A stretch of 64,000 bases of DNA from Balanoglossus misakiensis (taxonomy: Eukaryota > Animalia > Hemichordata): the NCBI GenBank assembly GCA_040954595.2, contig CM082578.2:12090520-12154519 (forward strand), written 5' to 3'. Below are positions 39,167 to 51,655 of this stretch, in pieces (position 1 is the stretch's first letter; each line of letters begins with the position of its first letter). The notes below the pieces were generated by a model, which was not told the DNA's origin, ran no database searches, and saw only the letters and a list, made by a program, of their open reading frames with translations. The translations under genes and the position numbers were made by a program.

Positions 39167-42100
39167 TGATAAATGATTCGTTAGTCAAATACTTTTCATA
39201 TTCGCATTTGCTTTTCCCGCATACTGTTTTCCGTTCACAAAAATGCCAGAGATAAGCTCCTTCGCGAGACTCGTGGCACTTGCCGTGGCCCGCGGCATCG
39301 GCGTTTTCTACAGTAAACATGCCGTCATTTGTCACCAGGACCGTATGCACGGATCAGTATTCATAAGTATTGACTTCCTTGTGGATCGTCGTGAAAAAAA
39401 TCGATTGACGTCAAACGACTTGGCCATGACACTCGATCGGCAAACATCGGTTGTCGAAACGTTCACGTGCTCAAGCACGAGACCGAGGCTAGGGACGAGA
39501 AGGCGGGAGTAGTAGTTATTCTGTCTGTTTGTAAAAAGGACCACAATGCAAGTTTCCCTGTCTGATCGTGTTATCTGGAATCCAAAAGTTGGTCCGCCGT
39601 TGCTCAGTTCACTTTTCATCATTTTTTTTACCCCCGTCAACCTGTCATCTCGATACGTCAGTATTGAAATAACAAGAAGGGGGCTTATTGTGTGATCTAC
39701 TCAAATCCAAGCAAACACTCGTATTGACACGACACTCTCCGAGCAGGGAAGGAAGTTTGTCTCGAATTCGGACTCCTTGGTCTGGCTCGGAACAGAGGGT
39801 TGTTGTGCTTGTCAGTCACGGCACGATTGAAATTCGACATTAAATCGTGATGACGGCAATTGAGGGGCACTACAATCTCTCCAGTTTTGCCAATCGAAGT
39901 CTCAACAGTGTCAATCGACGCGATGAAAAAATACAAGACGACCATTACCATCCCTGGCAGCGAGCGTACGTAGCACTCGGAGTCAGAACACAAACAGTGT
40001 TGAGCAAATGAATGCGGCGCTCCCGATCCCGCAGAACCACTGCAGAATTACCGGGTCATATGCACTCCATTATCGAGCGATGAAGTCCGTCACTGCTCTT
40101 GGTCTTGAGTAGCAATTTACGTTTTGAAAATGCCTGCGGGACAACGGATAGAATTCACTAGGGAGCGACGCGGCTTGCAATGTTTTTTTGCTGCTTCGTG
40201 GCAGCTGCTACTTTCGCGCATATCGGAGAGAGGTGTTTTTACACAATAGATAACACGTAACGTACACGATGACTAATAAGTGGTGCGTTGATGAGCCACT
40301 TTTTACGTCTGTGGAGTGATGATATTGATAAGAAAATCACTTACTCTTGCACATCATCGCCGACTGGGAGATGCAGAAACGTGACAAGAAATATGATGAC
40401 ATCTCAACGAAATGGTTTGGGAAAGTTGCTGTTACTTGTCTCCAGTAGGTTACAATAACCATGGTGATGGTTTGCCCATAAAAAATGATGCATTCATTCA
40501 CTCTCACATTCGTTCATTCCGCGACGAGTCGAATCATGTGACAGAACAAAACTTTACTATTGTGACCCCAGAAAGAGAGCGTTTTTAACTCGGTACAACT
40601 TAGAAATACTTTGTGCCCGACTTCCCCTTTTTCACGAACCACTGCCCGTTGGCGCATGTGGCCTATTTGACGATAATGAATCTCGTGGACAACTGACACC
40701 AAGTTAGCCGTGCGCCTTATTTGGATAACTCGCGCGCAATCCAGACACATTGAGGCCTAAAAAACGGTGGGGGACTCTGAAGTAGTTCGCAGAATTTCTT
40801 TTTGTCATCTTTTACAGACTGATCTCTGCTTATTTTTTAAGTTGATAAGCCGCCACGCCGTTTTTTTGAAAGGCCGAGCTGGTTTCGTTTTCCCAATTAG
40901 CGTGGCAGTTGGCATAAAATCGCGCTAAACGCAGGTGTTTGCTGTTAAGCCTATTTTCCCCTCGAAGTGAGAATCGGCAAATTAACCCTGCTACTTGCTG
41001 CCGCAGCAACGCGCAGAATGGTTTTTGGTTAACCTTCAGCCACAGTGACTTTTCTCCGCTTTCCTCTCTCACGTTTGAAAGAAAAAAAAAGTGTGTGATA
41101 TACTGAACATGTGAGGGTCGTTCAAATGAGCAAATCACACAACCTGCCCGTGTACAAACCGGCGTTTAGGATTTCACTAAGGCTTAACAGGGAGTTGCTA
41201 ACTACTATACCGCCAGCGAATTTCCGTTTACTTCCCTGTACAACATGCTCTCCAGATTAAAAAAATCCCGCCATTGATGAAAGAAAAAAAACGCGAGATT
41301 GATAACAAGCAGGAAATAGTGGAACAGAAACAAGTTTTATCGAGGTTTTATGCCGGACGGTAGTCAGATCCAGATCGCACTCACGAATTATAAAGAAGAG
41401 CAAATTAAAAGCAAAAATTATGACCTTGTTATGTTTTTTTATAATGTACTTCTCCATTATACCTTTCCAGAGTGGGTTTCCCTTGCTATACTGCACGCAG
41501 GTTTCTGAGTGATTTTTTTTTCTTTCTTCACATCCGAAAAGTCCAAACAAATCCTCGTTCATTTGGCATTTTATCTGCGCCTCTCACAATTCATAGACAT
41601 CTCAAGTGCGTTGATTTAAATGACGTCAATTTTTTTTCCTTCTCAAGTGTGGTTGATTGTGGGCGATGCGAGTGTAGCGCACAATATAGATACGTGCCAA
41701 ATAAAAGTGGATTGCATTTGCAACATTTCCGGTTCGTCCCACGTTTCCAACTTAGACATGTTCAACTTGTGATTACTTTCATTTTCCTGACACAAGGAAC
41801 AATATCATCCAGCAACAAAGCTAATTCGGCGAGGGGAAATTGAATGGAGATTTCTGGGTGGACAGCGACGCTGTGCAAGGCGTTTCGTCCCTCTTGCGCC
41901 GCAATAGGTCGCCGCTTTAATGAATTTTGAATGAGGGTTTGCGAGATGTTGTTTCCGTGGTTCTTGCATATCGAGAGAGTTCCATTTCCTACAGGACAGT
42001 GGATCAGAGGACGGGGCAGGCAGGTTTTTGTAAACGCTTCAACGATTTGCTTCAAACAGAATGAGATGTTTCCAATACGACAATAAAGGGTCTATAGAGA

Positions 42101-43071
42101 ATTCATGTCCGTCGCTGGGTGTTAATCATGGTATTACGTCGTGCACGCACAGCATCGATTGGACATCACCACGTGAATGACCCTACAAAACTGTCGGCGA
42201 CATTCTTGGTTTTACACATTGACCCAATTGTTCTGACATATGTAGGCCCAACAGCGTTTCCCGGTGAAAAAACTGCACATTTGAACCGACAAAAAAACTT
42301 TCTCGACAGCCACACTGCACCGTTGACTGCTAGTGTGTCGAGAACCATCTTATATGTCAACAAGCCTGGATGCCATGTTGCCTTTTGTATGAGCGCTGGG
42401 AATGTTAGTTCAAACGCTGTAACCCCGGGGGCTGCAGTCCGATCGTGCTTGTTGCCTGTAATTGATTTTCTGTTCATGAATGGCGGCGGAATAGAGTTGT
42501 AATGAGAATCGGGGACCGGGAATGAGGGCAAGATAACACGCCGATCGTGTTATTGCTTAATTTCGTCGTTAAAGGATGCCAGAAAAACTCTTTCAAATTA
42601 AAGCCAAAAATTTAATAACTTGAACCTTTCTCTGGAAGACATAAATTTACCACGTACCCCCAACTATTGCTGCGGGGTTGTGTCAAGCTATATTGCGAGG
42701 CGATCGTAGCGAGCAAACCATTCACCACGACAAGCATAATGTCGGATGATTGACCGATCAGTGTCAAAAGGTATTGCCCTAAATGTATTTGTATGCGCCA
42801 CCAAATCGAAGCACGGGGTTTTCGTGACAGAGACATTGATGGCAGGATGATTAACCATCTCTTTTCATCACCGCTGCGGGCAAAGAAAATATTATTTTCA
42901 GATGTGTACTTTGGTCCTAATGCTGCAATCGTTGTGATATTGTTGTTTTGTTGTGCTTTGTTCTGTTTAAGGGGGTGATGGTGGTGTTTGAGTTCGCAGT
43001 GAATGGCAATTTCTTAAAAACTGGCAAGAAGCATTAAAATATTCACGGCAAGTTTCCTTTTCTCCCTATAG

Positions 43072-43139
43072 GTGCTCCGGTCAACGTATCCGTTTTCATG
43101 TTCGTTACAAGCATCCACTCACTGTCAGAAGTTTCCATG
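43072..43139 (+). CDS. Cys-loop anion channel exon 3 (68 nt)
   Basis: ccctatAG acceptor; GAPVNVSVFMFVTSIHSLSEVSM; donor ATG|GTAAGA; same size as GLRA exon 3. Confidence 0.95.
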
Positions 43140-43149
43140 GTAAGAAAAT

Positions 43150-43278
43150 GTCTCTCTCTATCTCTCTCTCTCTCTTTCCTTCCCCCTCTCTCCACCTGTC
43201 TATTCCCCACCCTTCCTCCCCTGTCTGTCTGTCTCCCTCTGTCTCTCTCTTTCTTTCTCTCTCTCTCTCTCTCTCTCT
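43150..43278. repeat. (CT)n-rich polypyrimidine tract
   Basis: Imperfect (TC)n run directly after the exon 3 donor. Confidence 0.9.
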
Positions 43279-45214
43279 CAAATCAGTGTCATCATAATGA
43301 CGAGTTCTCGACAAGTGTTTCATTGACCCTCCATCGAGGACTTTTTTTCTTCTGCTAAAAAAGGCAAGGTTAGATGTTTAAATCAAGCTTATTTACTCAG
43401 GTGCGAGACAAGTGGGGCATCTCTTAACACATACGCAGCGGACAGCATCGGCGCTTACGCTTTTATGTAAGACACGCACGAATCCCAAAGGAAAACACGC
43501 ATATGCCAAGTGCCAGATTTCCCAACTAGTGAAAAGACGGGTCGCAAATCAATGAGACGCGCTGGTACTCCAAGTCAATTGTGGAGATTCGCTGAGGGAA
43601 ATGAAATGCTTAATCTATCACAGACCTAAAACCACGCAGATGCGGCACAGTTTAATTTGACTGGCATTTATTCTTATACACTCAGCGCTTAATTGAAAAA
43701 AAATGCAACTCTTTGTTCATGGATACTGTTTTTTCTGACTTTTGACTTTTGCTATTGCGCTCTTCCCGGTCCAAAATCTCGCATTTGTTAATTGCTTACA
43801 ACCAAGTAGTCGTTATCGGCAGCACAACGCTGCAATATGAAGCCCCTTGCGAGGGAAAAGTCAGTCCAATGGAATGTTACTTTTCCAATAAAACATCCAC
43901 GTGAAACCTTTATATCTGGAGGGAATAATTGTCGTAGATGGAAAATAATAATCCCGCGTTTGTAAAAACACCAACAGGTCACTGACTGGGGAGATAAATT
44001 TTATATTGCAAGTACAACCAGGTGGGAGTGCCGCGCGGCGCATTATATTAGACCCTGTGATATCGGATCAAAGTCAACTGGCGCTGGGAAACATTTTCTG
44101 AGGAGCGTGCGATCAAATGTTGGTGTTTGTGTTGTCACTTCGGCGGGTGTAGTCTGTAACCAACTCGCCGTCGCAATTATCCCAAATAATAGTATACACA
44201 TGTCCATAATTTCCTCTCGTCGATACGCGATACAACAGGCGAAGTTTGATAACGCTTATTATAGAGACAAAGAAACGGGGTTACTGAGGAAGACGATCAC
44301 GGTGATTGCTCGGAGCTCTGAGAAATGGAAAGGGAGATAAAACGTGTGACTGAGAGTGCAAATCTAAGTTGTCGTCTTTAATTCTTAAACGGTCAGGATT
44401 CTTGAAAGCTTTTCGTCTGTTTCTACGTCGCTGACGGCGGCGGAAGTTCCACATAGTCTTCATATGCAATTCCTGGCAATACGTCACTAAAACGCCTTTC
44501 TGCGCTCCCCCCGACCGCGTACCTTTCATTTTCCAGCGGAGACCAATCACTCAGGAGTGTTGTCATGTAAGATTAACAAAAAATCCACACCAAACCTTTC
44601 TCTCAGTTTCTCACATCAATAATACAATGATTAAGCCGTGCATTAAGTTTACAATCGAGATTTATTGCGAGGCTGATTAATAAGAAATATATGAACAGCG
44701 CCCGTTTTCGTCAATCAGTGGCACACCCCGTGAATTTGCAATGACGCCCAGATTCATCCAACGTGCCCTTCGATCTCGCGTCTGTATCAGGCGACCGTGC
44801 AGCCAGAACATCGCTCACGATATCAGCCTGTCAGAAATTGGCGGCAGCTCAGTACTCGGTTCATCGTCTTTTGACCACACTATTAGATTGTAAAAGATAC
44901 TGTGCTTCACGGTCAAGTTCGGTCACGCAGCCTTCACGTGACCTACAGCTAACTCTTGGGAATCATTTCGCACAAATAATAAACTACAGTGAATAAGTGA
45001 ACGCAATTTCTTGAAAGGCGCCATCGATGAAATTAATATTCTTCAGAGTTCTGTTGACATGCGTTGTATTTTGGAGTGGCAACTGTAACGTGGGAATAAG
45101 ACTGGTCTCCAAAGATAAAAATAATCGATTTCATTGCTGGGAATAGTACGAGCATTTAAGTTAATTGCTGCTGATATTTGAACGTAAATCTATTAGCTTT
45201 AGCCTTTTAGAAAA

Positions 45215-45906
45215 TTAAAGTGTCTCGGCCGGGTGCTCCATCCCGGTGTGACTAAAATGACTAAAATGGTTTCTCGCCACGATTCGTCTCCGGAAAGTGT
45301 GACGTCACATCTTGCGCGAAACGCATGCGCGTGCATTTGAAGGCCACCGCGCTGATATAATTAAAGATCCCAACAATATCTTGTAAAAATCCATTTGAAA
45401 ATGGATTGGCTCGCTAGCAGGCCGGAAGACTTAGCTTAATGCCAATTGAGGGTTCTACTGCTGAAATAATTCCAATTAGTCTGAACACGATTGCCGTCGA
45501 AGCACGGTCCAGTGAATTGAAACGAAATTGCTAATTGGGATCAGAGTACTTGATCCCCCGTTCAAAATCAGTCGAAAGAAGACTTTGAACTCAAATTTTT
45601 TCATTTACTTTGGAAACAAACACTACCAGGTGGTCATTAAGACGCCTACTCCATAATCGGTCCCTATAACTCTGCCGCGCTCAGAAAAAATTATGTCGAC
45701 GAAATCAAGTTAGAAATTAATCCGGGGTGTCTTAGATCCAGGGGTTCCCCACTTTCAGAATCGTTATAACTCGGAGCTAAAAATTTGTAGTTCCAATATC
45801 AGTGTGAAAGAAGTAGATCCACCAGTGGTTGATTAAGCAAACAATTCCGACAGCGTCTAAGATGTGATTTAAGTGAGAGTGGGTACGAGGGGAACAGCCA
45901 CCTTAA
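45215..45906. mobile_element. Possible TTAA-flanked non-autonomous DNA element
   Basis: TTAAAGTGTCT ... AGCCACCTTAA; only a short imperfect inverted terminus. Confidence 0.3.
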
Positions 45907-47648
45907 ACCGATTACAGAGAAAATATGAAATCGTTCTAGGCACATAAATCTGGTAGAATTAAGGCGTATTACGTCTGCAAGTGTAAGGGGATATGGTTTA
46001 TTGGGAGACTTATCCAGCGGGCCTGTGACGCGGGGTCAAATAAGACATCAATACTCGTAGAATTGAAAGAAAAGCGACTCGACATACTCAGGATATTAAA
46101 GGTATGGATTCCCAGAAGGCCTGTTTTTATATGTGACGTCAGAGCGCTCCAGTTTTATTTTTCACATTGTAGAATCTGTCAATGTATATTGGGCCTTTTC
46201 TCAATATCATCTGCTTCAACCTTTAGGCAAAATAATTATAAACAAGCTGTCTTCAATATTTTATTAAACCTTAAAGCTCACTAAAATTGTCCACCGATCG
46301 CTACAAACTTGAATGTGTTTTAATTACTTGTAAGTTAGTGTCGATCCTAAAGTTTAGCGACAAGATCATGCGTGCAATTTGGCTTTGTGGTACCCGATAT
46401 ATTGCAACCGATGATCTTGCAGCTGGGAATGGTAAAATCTAGGGGTGGTTGCTGCCCGACAAAATACTAGTACCAGTAGTTCTCATACCGGTCCCATAAC
46501 GCCTTGCGCGCCAGGGTTACGCTTACTTCCGGTCTGGGACATTAGCGTGTGTTGGTTCTTACCTCCACTGCATGCTTAAAAAGACCCCCACGGCTAAAAC
46601 ACAATGTCAATAGCCCCGTACGCAATGATTGATTGCCAATTAGGCCTACACTACTAATATTTACGATGGGTTTATGTTGACCATATAGAAGAAGTCATGG
46701 TTTTTCCCTGAAACACATCGATATCCATATTGCTGTCTATTTCTGTCGAGGCATTCATCATTACAGTTTACATGTACAATGAACTCTATAATGCTATCTG
46801 GCGAAGCATTACTATTCCCTGTAGGAATTGCATTGAAGAATTTTGTGTGTATGGATTTAACTCAAGACTAAGGAAAACGTCCTGCGTCATAAAGTTCATA
46901 GGCCTCGAGAGACCGAGCACGGAGAGAGCCTTCGCCGTATGTCTCTGCTCAGTAAATCAAATATCGTTTTATGCGTTCAACAGAAAGGGTGGGATATGAC
47001 GAATGTCCGCTTTCCACCCCCTCGTCAGTTTATCAAATGTTGGAAGCCCCTTAATATTCTCTGCCTTGAGCGCATCACTCGCGTACCACAGACGTCGCCT
47101 CTGTAGAGGCACCCCTAACTGCACATTTGAAAGGTGAAAAAGCGTTGGTTCACCATAATAACCCGTACAGATCGCATAAACGAAAACAGATTAACTCTAC
47201 CTTTTTCCAACGGCGCGGATATATCCAACTTCACATGAGCTCCGTTGTGTGGCTAAAAGTTAAACTTTCCAGATACTTGTACGGCACTTTGTGACAACAA
47301 GACGACGAATTCACCTGCTGACATATCGTCAGCCATTTTGGCAACCAGAACTGAACCTAACCCTATGACGGAAGAAGCTATGTACCCTGGGAGAACCGGA
47401 AAGGGTCGATTGCCCCGTTTTTTCTCTTTTTAGAAGAAAGTATAAGCAAAACACATATCCAGCGTCGTACGCTTTAACTTAATCTGGCCAGAAGAAGCAC
47501 CCCAAACATTTGCCCTGATTTTTATTCGAATCTGATGTAACTGAGCACTTGGTAAAGAGTTTTGGTGTGGTAAAGTTTCATCGCGGACGCAGTCTGCAGT
47601 GGTCTCGTTAGCTTGTTGTTGATTCGTCAGTTCTTCTGTCAATCACTC

Positions 47649-47922
47649 TTCAAACAGGAGTAGAGCAGGTGTATGAATTATGTAACCTATGAGGATAAGC
47701 ATTCCAAGGCACTTCACACTGCCAGTTTCATTATCGTGAGACCATATGGGCCATACCTAGGCTTTAGCATGTTCAGCTGTCTCGGAAGATTGCTTTAGAT
47801 TGGCCAGTTCCTTTACCCAATCATTGTTCAAACAGGTGTACAACAGGTGCACGAATGCTGTAACTGAATGAGGTCAGGTCTTCAAAGGCGCTGCACATTG
47901 ACACTTCCATTATCGTAAGGAC
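47649..47922 (+). repeat. Degenerate tandem pair (period ~178 bp) of a dispersed family also present at 56810-57026
   Basis: TTCAAACAGG...CAGGTG..GAAT..TGTAAC..ATGAGG...CATTATCGT at 47649 and 47827. GAATT(A/C)TGTAACCTATGAG is shared with the 3'UTR copies. Confidence 0.65.
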
Positions 47923-47981
47923 ACGTGTACATTGCATACATTGGTTTAATAAACATTTTCTTGCCCATCGGTTAGTATAAC

Positions 47982-48017
47982 CATAGACCCTGAAGGAAGA
48001 TTTCTTCAGGGTCTATG
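47982..48017. mobile_element. 36-bp foldback; probable P-superfamily transposon footprint or micro-MITE
   Basis: CATAGACCCTGAAGGAA-GA-TTTCTTCAGGGTCTATG (17+2+17, one mismatch), flanked by GTATAAC / TTATAAA. Confidence 0.55.
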
Positions 48018-48659
48018 TTATAAATTTGACCATGTCTCTGGCTCATTAAAAATTCTGGACGGGACTGTTTCAGTCACACAGAGCTAGATGGCGGCAGAAT
48101 AAAACTCACTGACCCGTCATGTGCCAGGTCCAGCATTCAAGTTCAACAACATCAAAGTGGTGGAATGCGTTGCCGCCGTGACGACAGACATCACATCTGT
48201 GTTGAGATGAAGTATTGACACCTTTTTGACAAGCACGCGTGTCTGTTCGGTGATACATGTACATACCCGAGCGACATACTCCATCCGCACATACACACAA
48301 TTTTCACACTATTTATTATTGCCAGTCAAAATCCATCCATCTTGTTGGAAAAAAACATCGGTTGGATTAATCATCATCACTAGTTATCGCTATCTGCCTT
48401 GAAAAAATATATACCATTTTCGACCGCTAAAACAATGAAGGTTTATTTTCGTTACACTCGCAAGCCATTGCATCAAGAACATCAAAGAATGATCCTTCAA
48501 CGTTCGAGTTATCGCTTTCAATCAATGTTCACGTATTAAATGGACCGTGCCAACAGTATTCAGGTCAAAATGGCAACTTTCAAAATCAGGATTCGGTTTT
48601 TATGTTTTCTTCGTGTTAAAATTTACCTTGGAAGGAGTGCAAGTGACTGCGCGTTACGT

Positions 48660-48661
<2 letters not shown>

Positions 48662-48726
<65 letters not shown>

Positions 48727-48734
48727 GTCTGTCT
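48662..48734. repeat. (TGTC)n/(TATC)n compound microsatellite
   Basis: Directly visible. Confidence 0.95.
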
Positions 48735-48859
48735 CTCTTTCACAGTCACCACATAGGACTTTCCTGAAGTGCCACATTCGTGCTCTGCTTTCGTTGTTCT
48801 AAGACTATAAATGTCCAATTGTTAATCAAGTCATTATTAAATGTTCTCTCCCTCTGAAG

Positions 48860-49083
48860 GATTACGGGGTGACACTGTTTCTGTCTCTACACTGGGGTGA
48901 TCCGCGGTTGGCGTTCAACGCTTCAGACACCATCGACTTGAGATCGGACTCTGAACTCCTCTCCAAAATTTGGATGCCGGATCTCTATTTTGTTAACGTT
49001 AAAGACGGAGCATTACATGAAGTGACGGTTACCAACAAGCACATTCGAATCCATCCAAACGGACACGTTCTCTACGATCTGAG
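48860..49083 (+). CDS. Cys-loop anion channel exon 4 (224 nt; loops D, A, E)
   Basis: DYGVTLFLSLHWGDPRL...IWMPDLYFVNVK...NGHVLYDLR; AG acceptor and GTAATA donor. Confidence 0.97.
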
Positions 49084-49269
49084 GTAATATATGTGTTTTA
49101 TGTAGATGTATAAGGAGAGCTTGAATCTAGCTGCTAGGACTCGATTGAAAAAAACTGAGAAACAGTTTCTTCAAAGTCGGGACATTCAACCACCTTGATG
49201 ATATGCGTCTCGCTATCTCCTTTATAGCCATCACAGTCCTAACTGGTGTGGGTTTTTGTTTGTTTACAG

Positions 49270-49352
49270 GGTAAGCCTAACTCTGATATGTCACCTGTTT
49301 CTCCATCGATTCCCCATGGATAAACAGACGTGCGGGATTCAGCTGGAGAGTT
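49270..49352 (+). CDS. Cys-loop anion channel exon 5 (83 nt; Cys loop)
   Basis: VSLTLICHLFLHRFPMDKQTCGIQLES contains C-x13-C; donor GTGAGT. Confidence 0.98.
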
Positions 49353-50942
49353 GTGAGTATCATGACTGTATACAGGTCTTGGTGAAGGCCTTCTTTGTGG
49401 TGACGTGTCCGCCACGCACGCATGTACACAGGCGTTTACGTCTTTCATCGGATTTCAGCAGCAGAAAATCTGGATTACGACCCCCACGGGGCATACCTTT
49501 GTAACGACGTTACACGGACCTGCATTATCTGGCTGCCATTACCGAGTAACAATCGCTGAAATTTGTCTTAAACACACACATCGGATCCTGCCCCCGAGCA
49601 GCAGCATCGCGATACATTTACTAATGGCAGTTTTGAGTCGCTGATCGATCGAGCGGTTAACAAAATACACACGGCGAAACCAAGCATGAATAGACGCTAT
49701 AGACAGACAGGCTGGGAGACGATGTGTACATCGACTTTATAATTACCCTCTCAAATTGCGCCCGCACGATTTCTGAAAGTATTAAACAAGGATGACGACA
49801 CAATCGGTGAAGTTACGGTCAGTGGAAAAAATTGATATCGCCCATCGGCTCAACATTTGCCTTAAAACTGTTTAGGCTAATGCACCTATACATCACATGC
49901 AAGATATACTGTACTATAATACAGCTCTATCTCTGAAGCGGACATTCTGGACCTAAGAGACATGAACAAAAAAAATAATGCAAAAAATATCAAAGTAAGG
50001 GACAATGATTACAATATGGAAACATGGTAAAATGCGGTTGCACGCATACTCATTTTCTAAAAGTGCACCGGACTGCATCACATTTGTAAAAGGGGGATGG
50101 CCGCACTTCGACGGTCGTGTTTGACTCTCCCCGACAGTACAAACCGACACTCCGTTTGCTCTAACGTGCCTGGGGAAATATTTGCGATGAATAATCCCGT
50201 TAAGCCAATGCATTACAACCGATTCGTGGTCTGCATTTTGTGCAGAAAACAAAATCACGCACTGGCTCTACCGAGTTTATACCCTATTTGCAGAGTCCAG
50301 TCACATAGTTATTAAGGCAAGCTTTAGACGCAATCAGTAGAAACAAAACACTCCAGATCCATCAACGCACAAATTCCGCAAGGCAATGTACTTCGCAGGC
50401 TGCAGGCACGCAATCCGTCTTGACGGACTCACTGGCGGACTTCAAACAAACTCTTCAGATATCCATTAAGTCAGCCAGCTCGTCCATTTGTAATTCCTCT
50501 GTACACAGTAATTAGAATAGTCGAAATTTACCTTGAGCCTAAATAAACTCGGTGCACGTCGATCTTTCTTTAATGAAGTCAAGACGATCATCAACCGACA
50601 GAAATGTCAAAATTTGTCGCTATATGGGCGAAATACGATTGTTCGTGCCAAGCGGAATTATGGCATATATATTTGCTTCGAGGCCATTTTGTTTTGAACT
50701 CCTCGATTATCCAATCAGAAATCAGAAGTTCGGGAGTTTCAATGGACACCGTCGTTCAACGAACCCACGTACTTCGGATTTAAGAATTCCCATTTTCTTC
50801 CTCGGCGGTGGTGCAGGTGTGTTTGGCGGTCATTTTAAGAACTGCATTGTCAGTTGCCAACAAGAGCTGTGGGAGCAATTTGTCATAAGTGACACACATC
50901 AATGTCGTAAAACTGACGCGCACATGTTCTGTTTCTTGACAG

Positions 50943-51080
50943 TTGGCTACACGACCAGAGATATGCAATTATTTTGGGATGAAAACGTCACCGTGTTGCT
51001 GGCCCCCGAACTTGTCATGCCGGAGTTCTCCATCGGGGCGCCAATCGCTTTCAAGACGGTGCTATTTTATCCTGGACTAG
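50943..51080 (+). CDS. Cys-loop anion channel exon 6 (138 nt; loops B, F, C)
   Basis: FGYTTRDMQLFWDENVTVLLAPELVMPEFSIGAPIAFKTVLFYPGLG; AG acceptor and GTAGGC donor. Confidence 0.97.
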   Translation: MATRPEICNYFGMKTSPCCWPPNLSCRSSPSGRQSLSRRCYFILD

Positions 51081-51156
51081 GTAGGCCAATTATGAGCGGA
51101 TAATAACTGCAATCTGATAAACAACATCTGTGTGTGCATATGGGGTACGCACAAGC

Positions 51157-51183
51157 ACAACAACAACAACAACAACAACAACA
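51157..51183. repeat. (CAA)n microsatellite
   Basis: Directly visible. Confidence 0.9.
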
Positions 51184-51425
51184 GACAGGCAGGCAACACA
51201 ACAAAAAGAATACTATCAGCGGAATTTTAAAGTTATGGATAAATACACATGTTTCCTTGAAACTTTAAAATATTTCGTCTGATAAAAAGTTACAAACTAT
51301 GTAAAACGGTCTGGTTAGAGCATATGTAATCTTCATGTCACCATGAAAAAAGAACCCTCGAACTCCTGGGATCGATAAAGTGGCGTTAATGTTAACATCG
51401 AATGACACACATTCTTGTATTACAG

Positions 51426-51655
51426 GACACTACGACCAATTAGAGTGTAGGTTCCCACTGTCGCGCGAGTTGATATTCTATCTGATGGAGTACTACGTTC
51501 CCTCCTTCCTGTTGGTTGTCCTCTCCTGGGTCTCCTTTTGGCTGAACGTGGAAGCGTCGCCGGCCCGGGCCAGCCTGGGCATCACCACGGCGTTAACCCT
51601 GACCACCCTGAGCTCGGCAGCACGGGCGCACATGGCAAAGGTGTCGTATACGAAG
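51426..51655 (+). CDS. Cys-loop anion channel exon 7 (M1-M2)
   Basis: HYDQLECRFPLSRELIFYLMEYYVPSFLLVVLSWVSFWLNVEASPARASLGITTALTLTTLSSAARAHMAKVSYTK; PAR anion filter; donor AAG|GTAAGC. Confidence 0.98.

Noticed and set aside
41257-42836. Overlapping 100-127-aa intronic ORFs on both strands
   Set aside because: No domain signature; consistent with chance ORFs with non-ATG starts.
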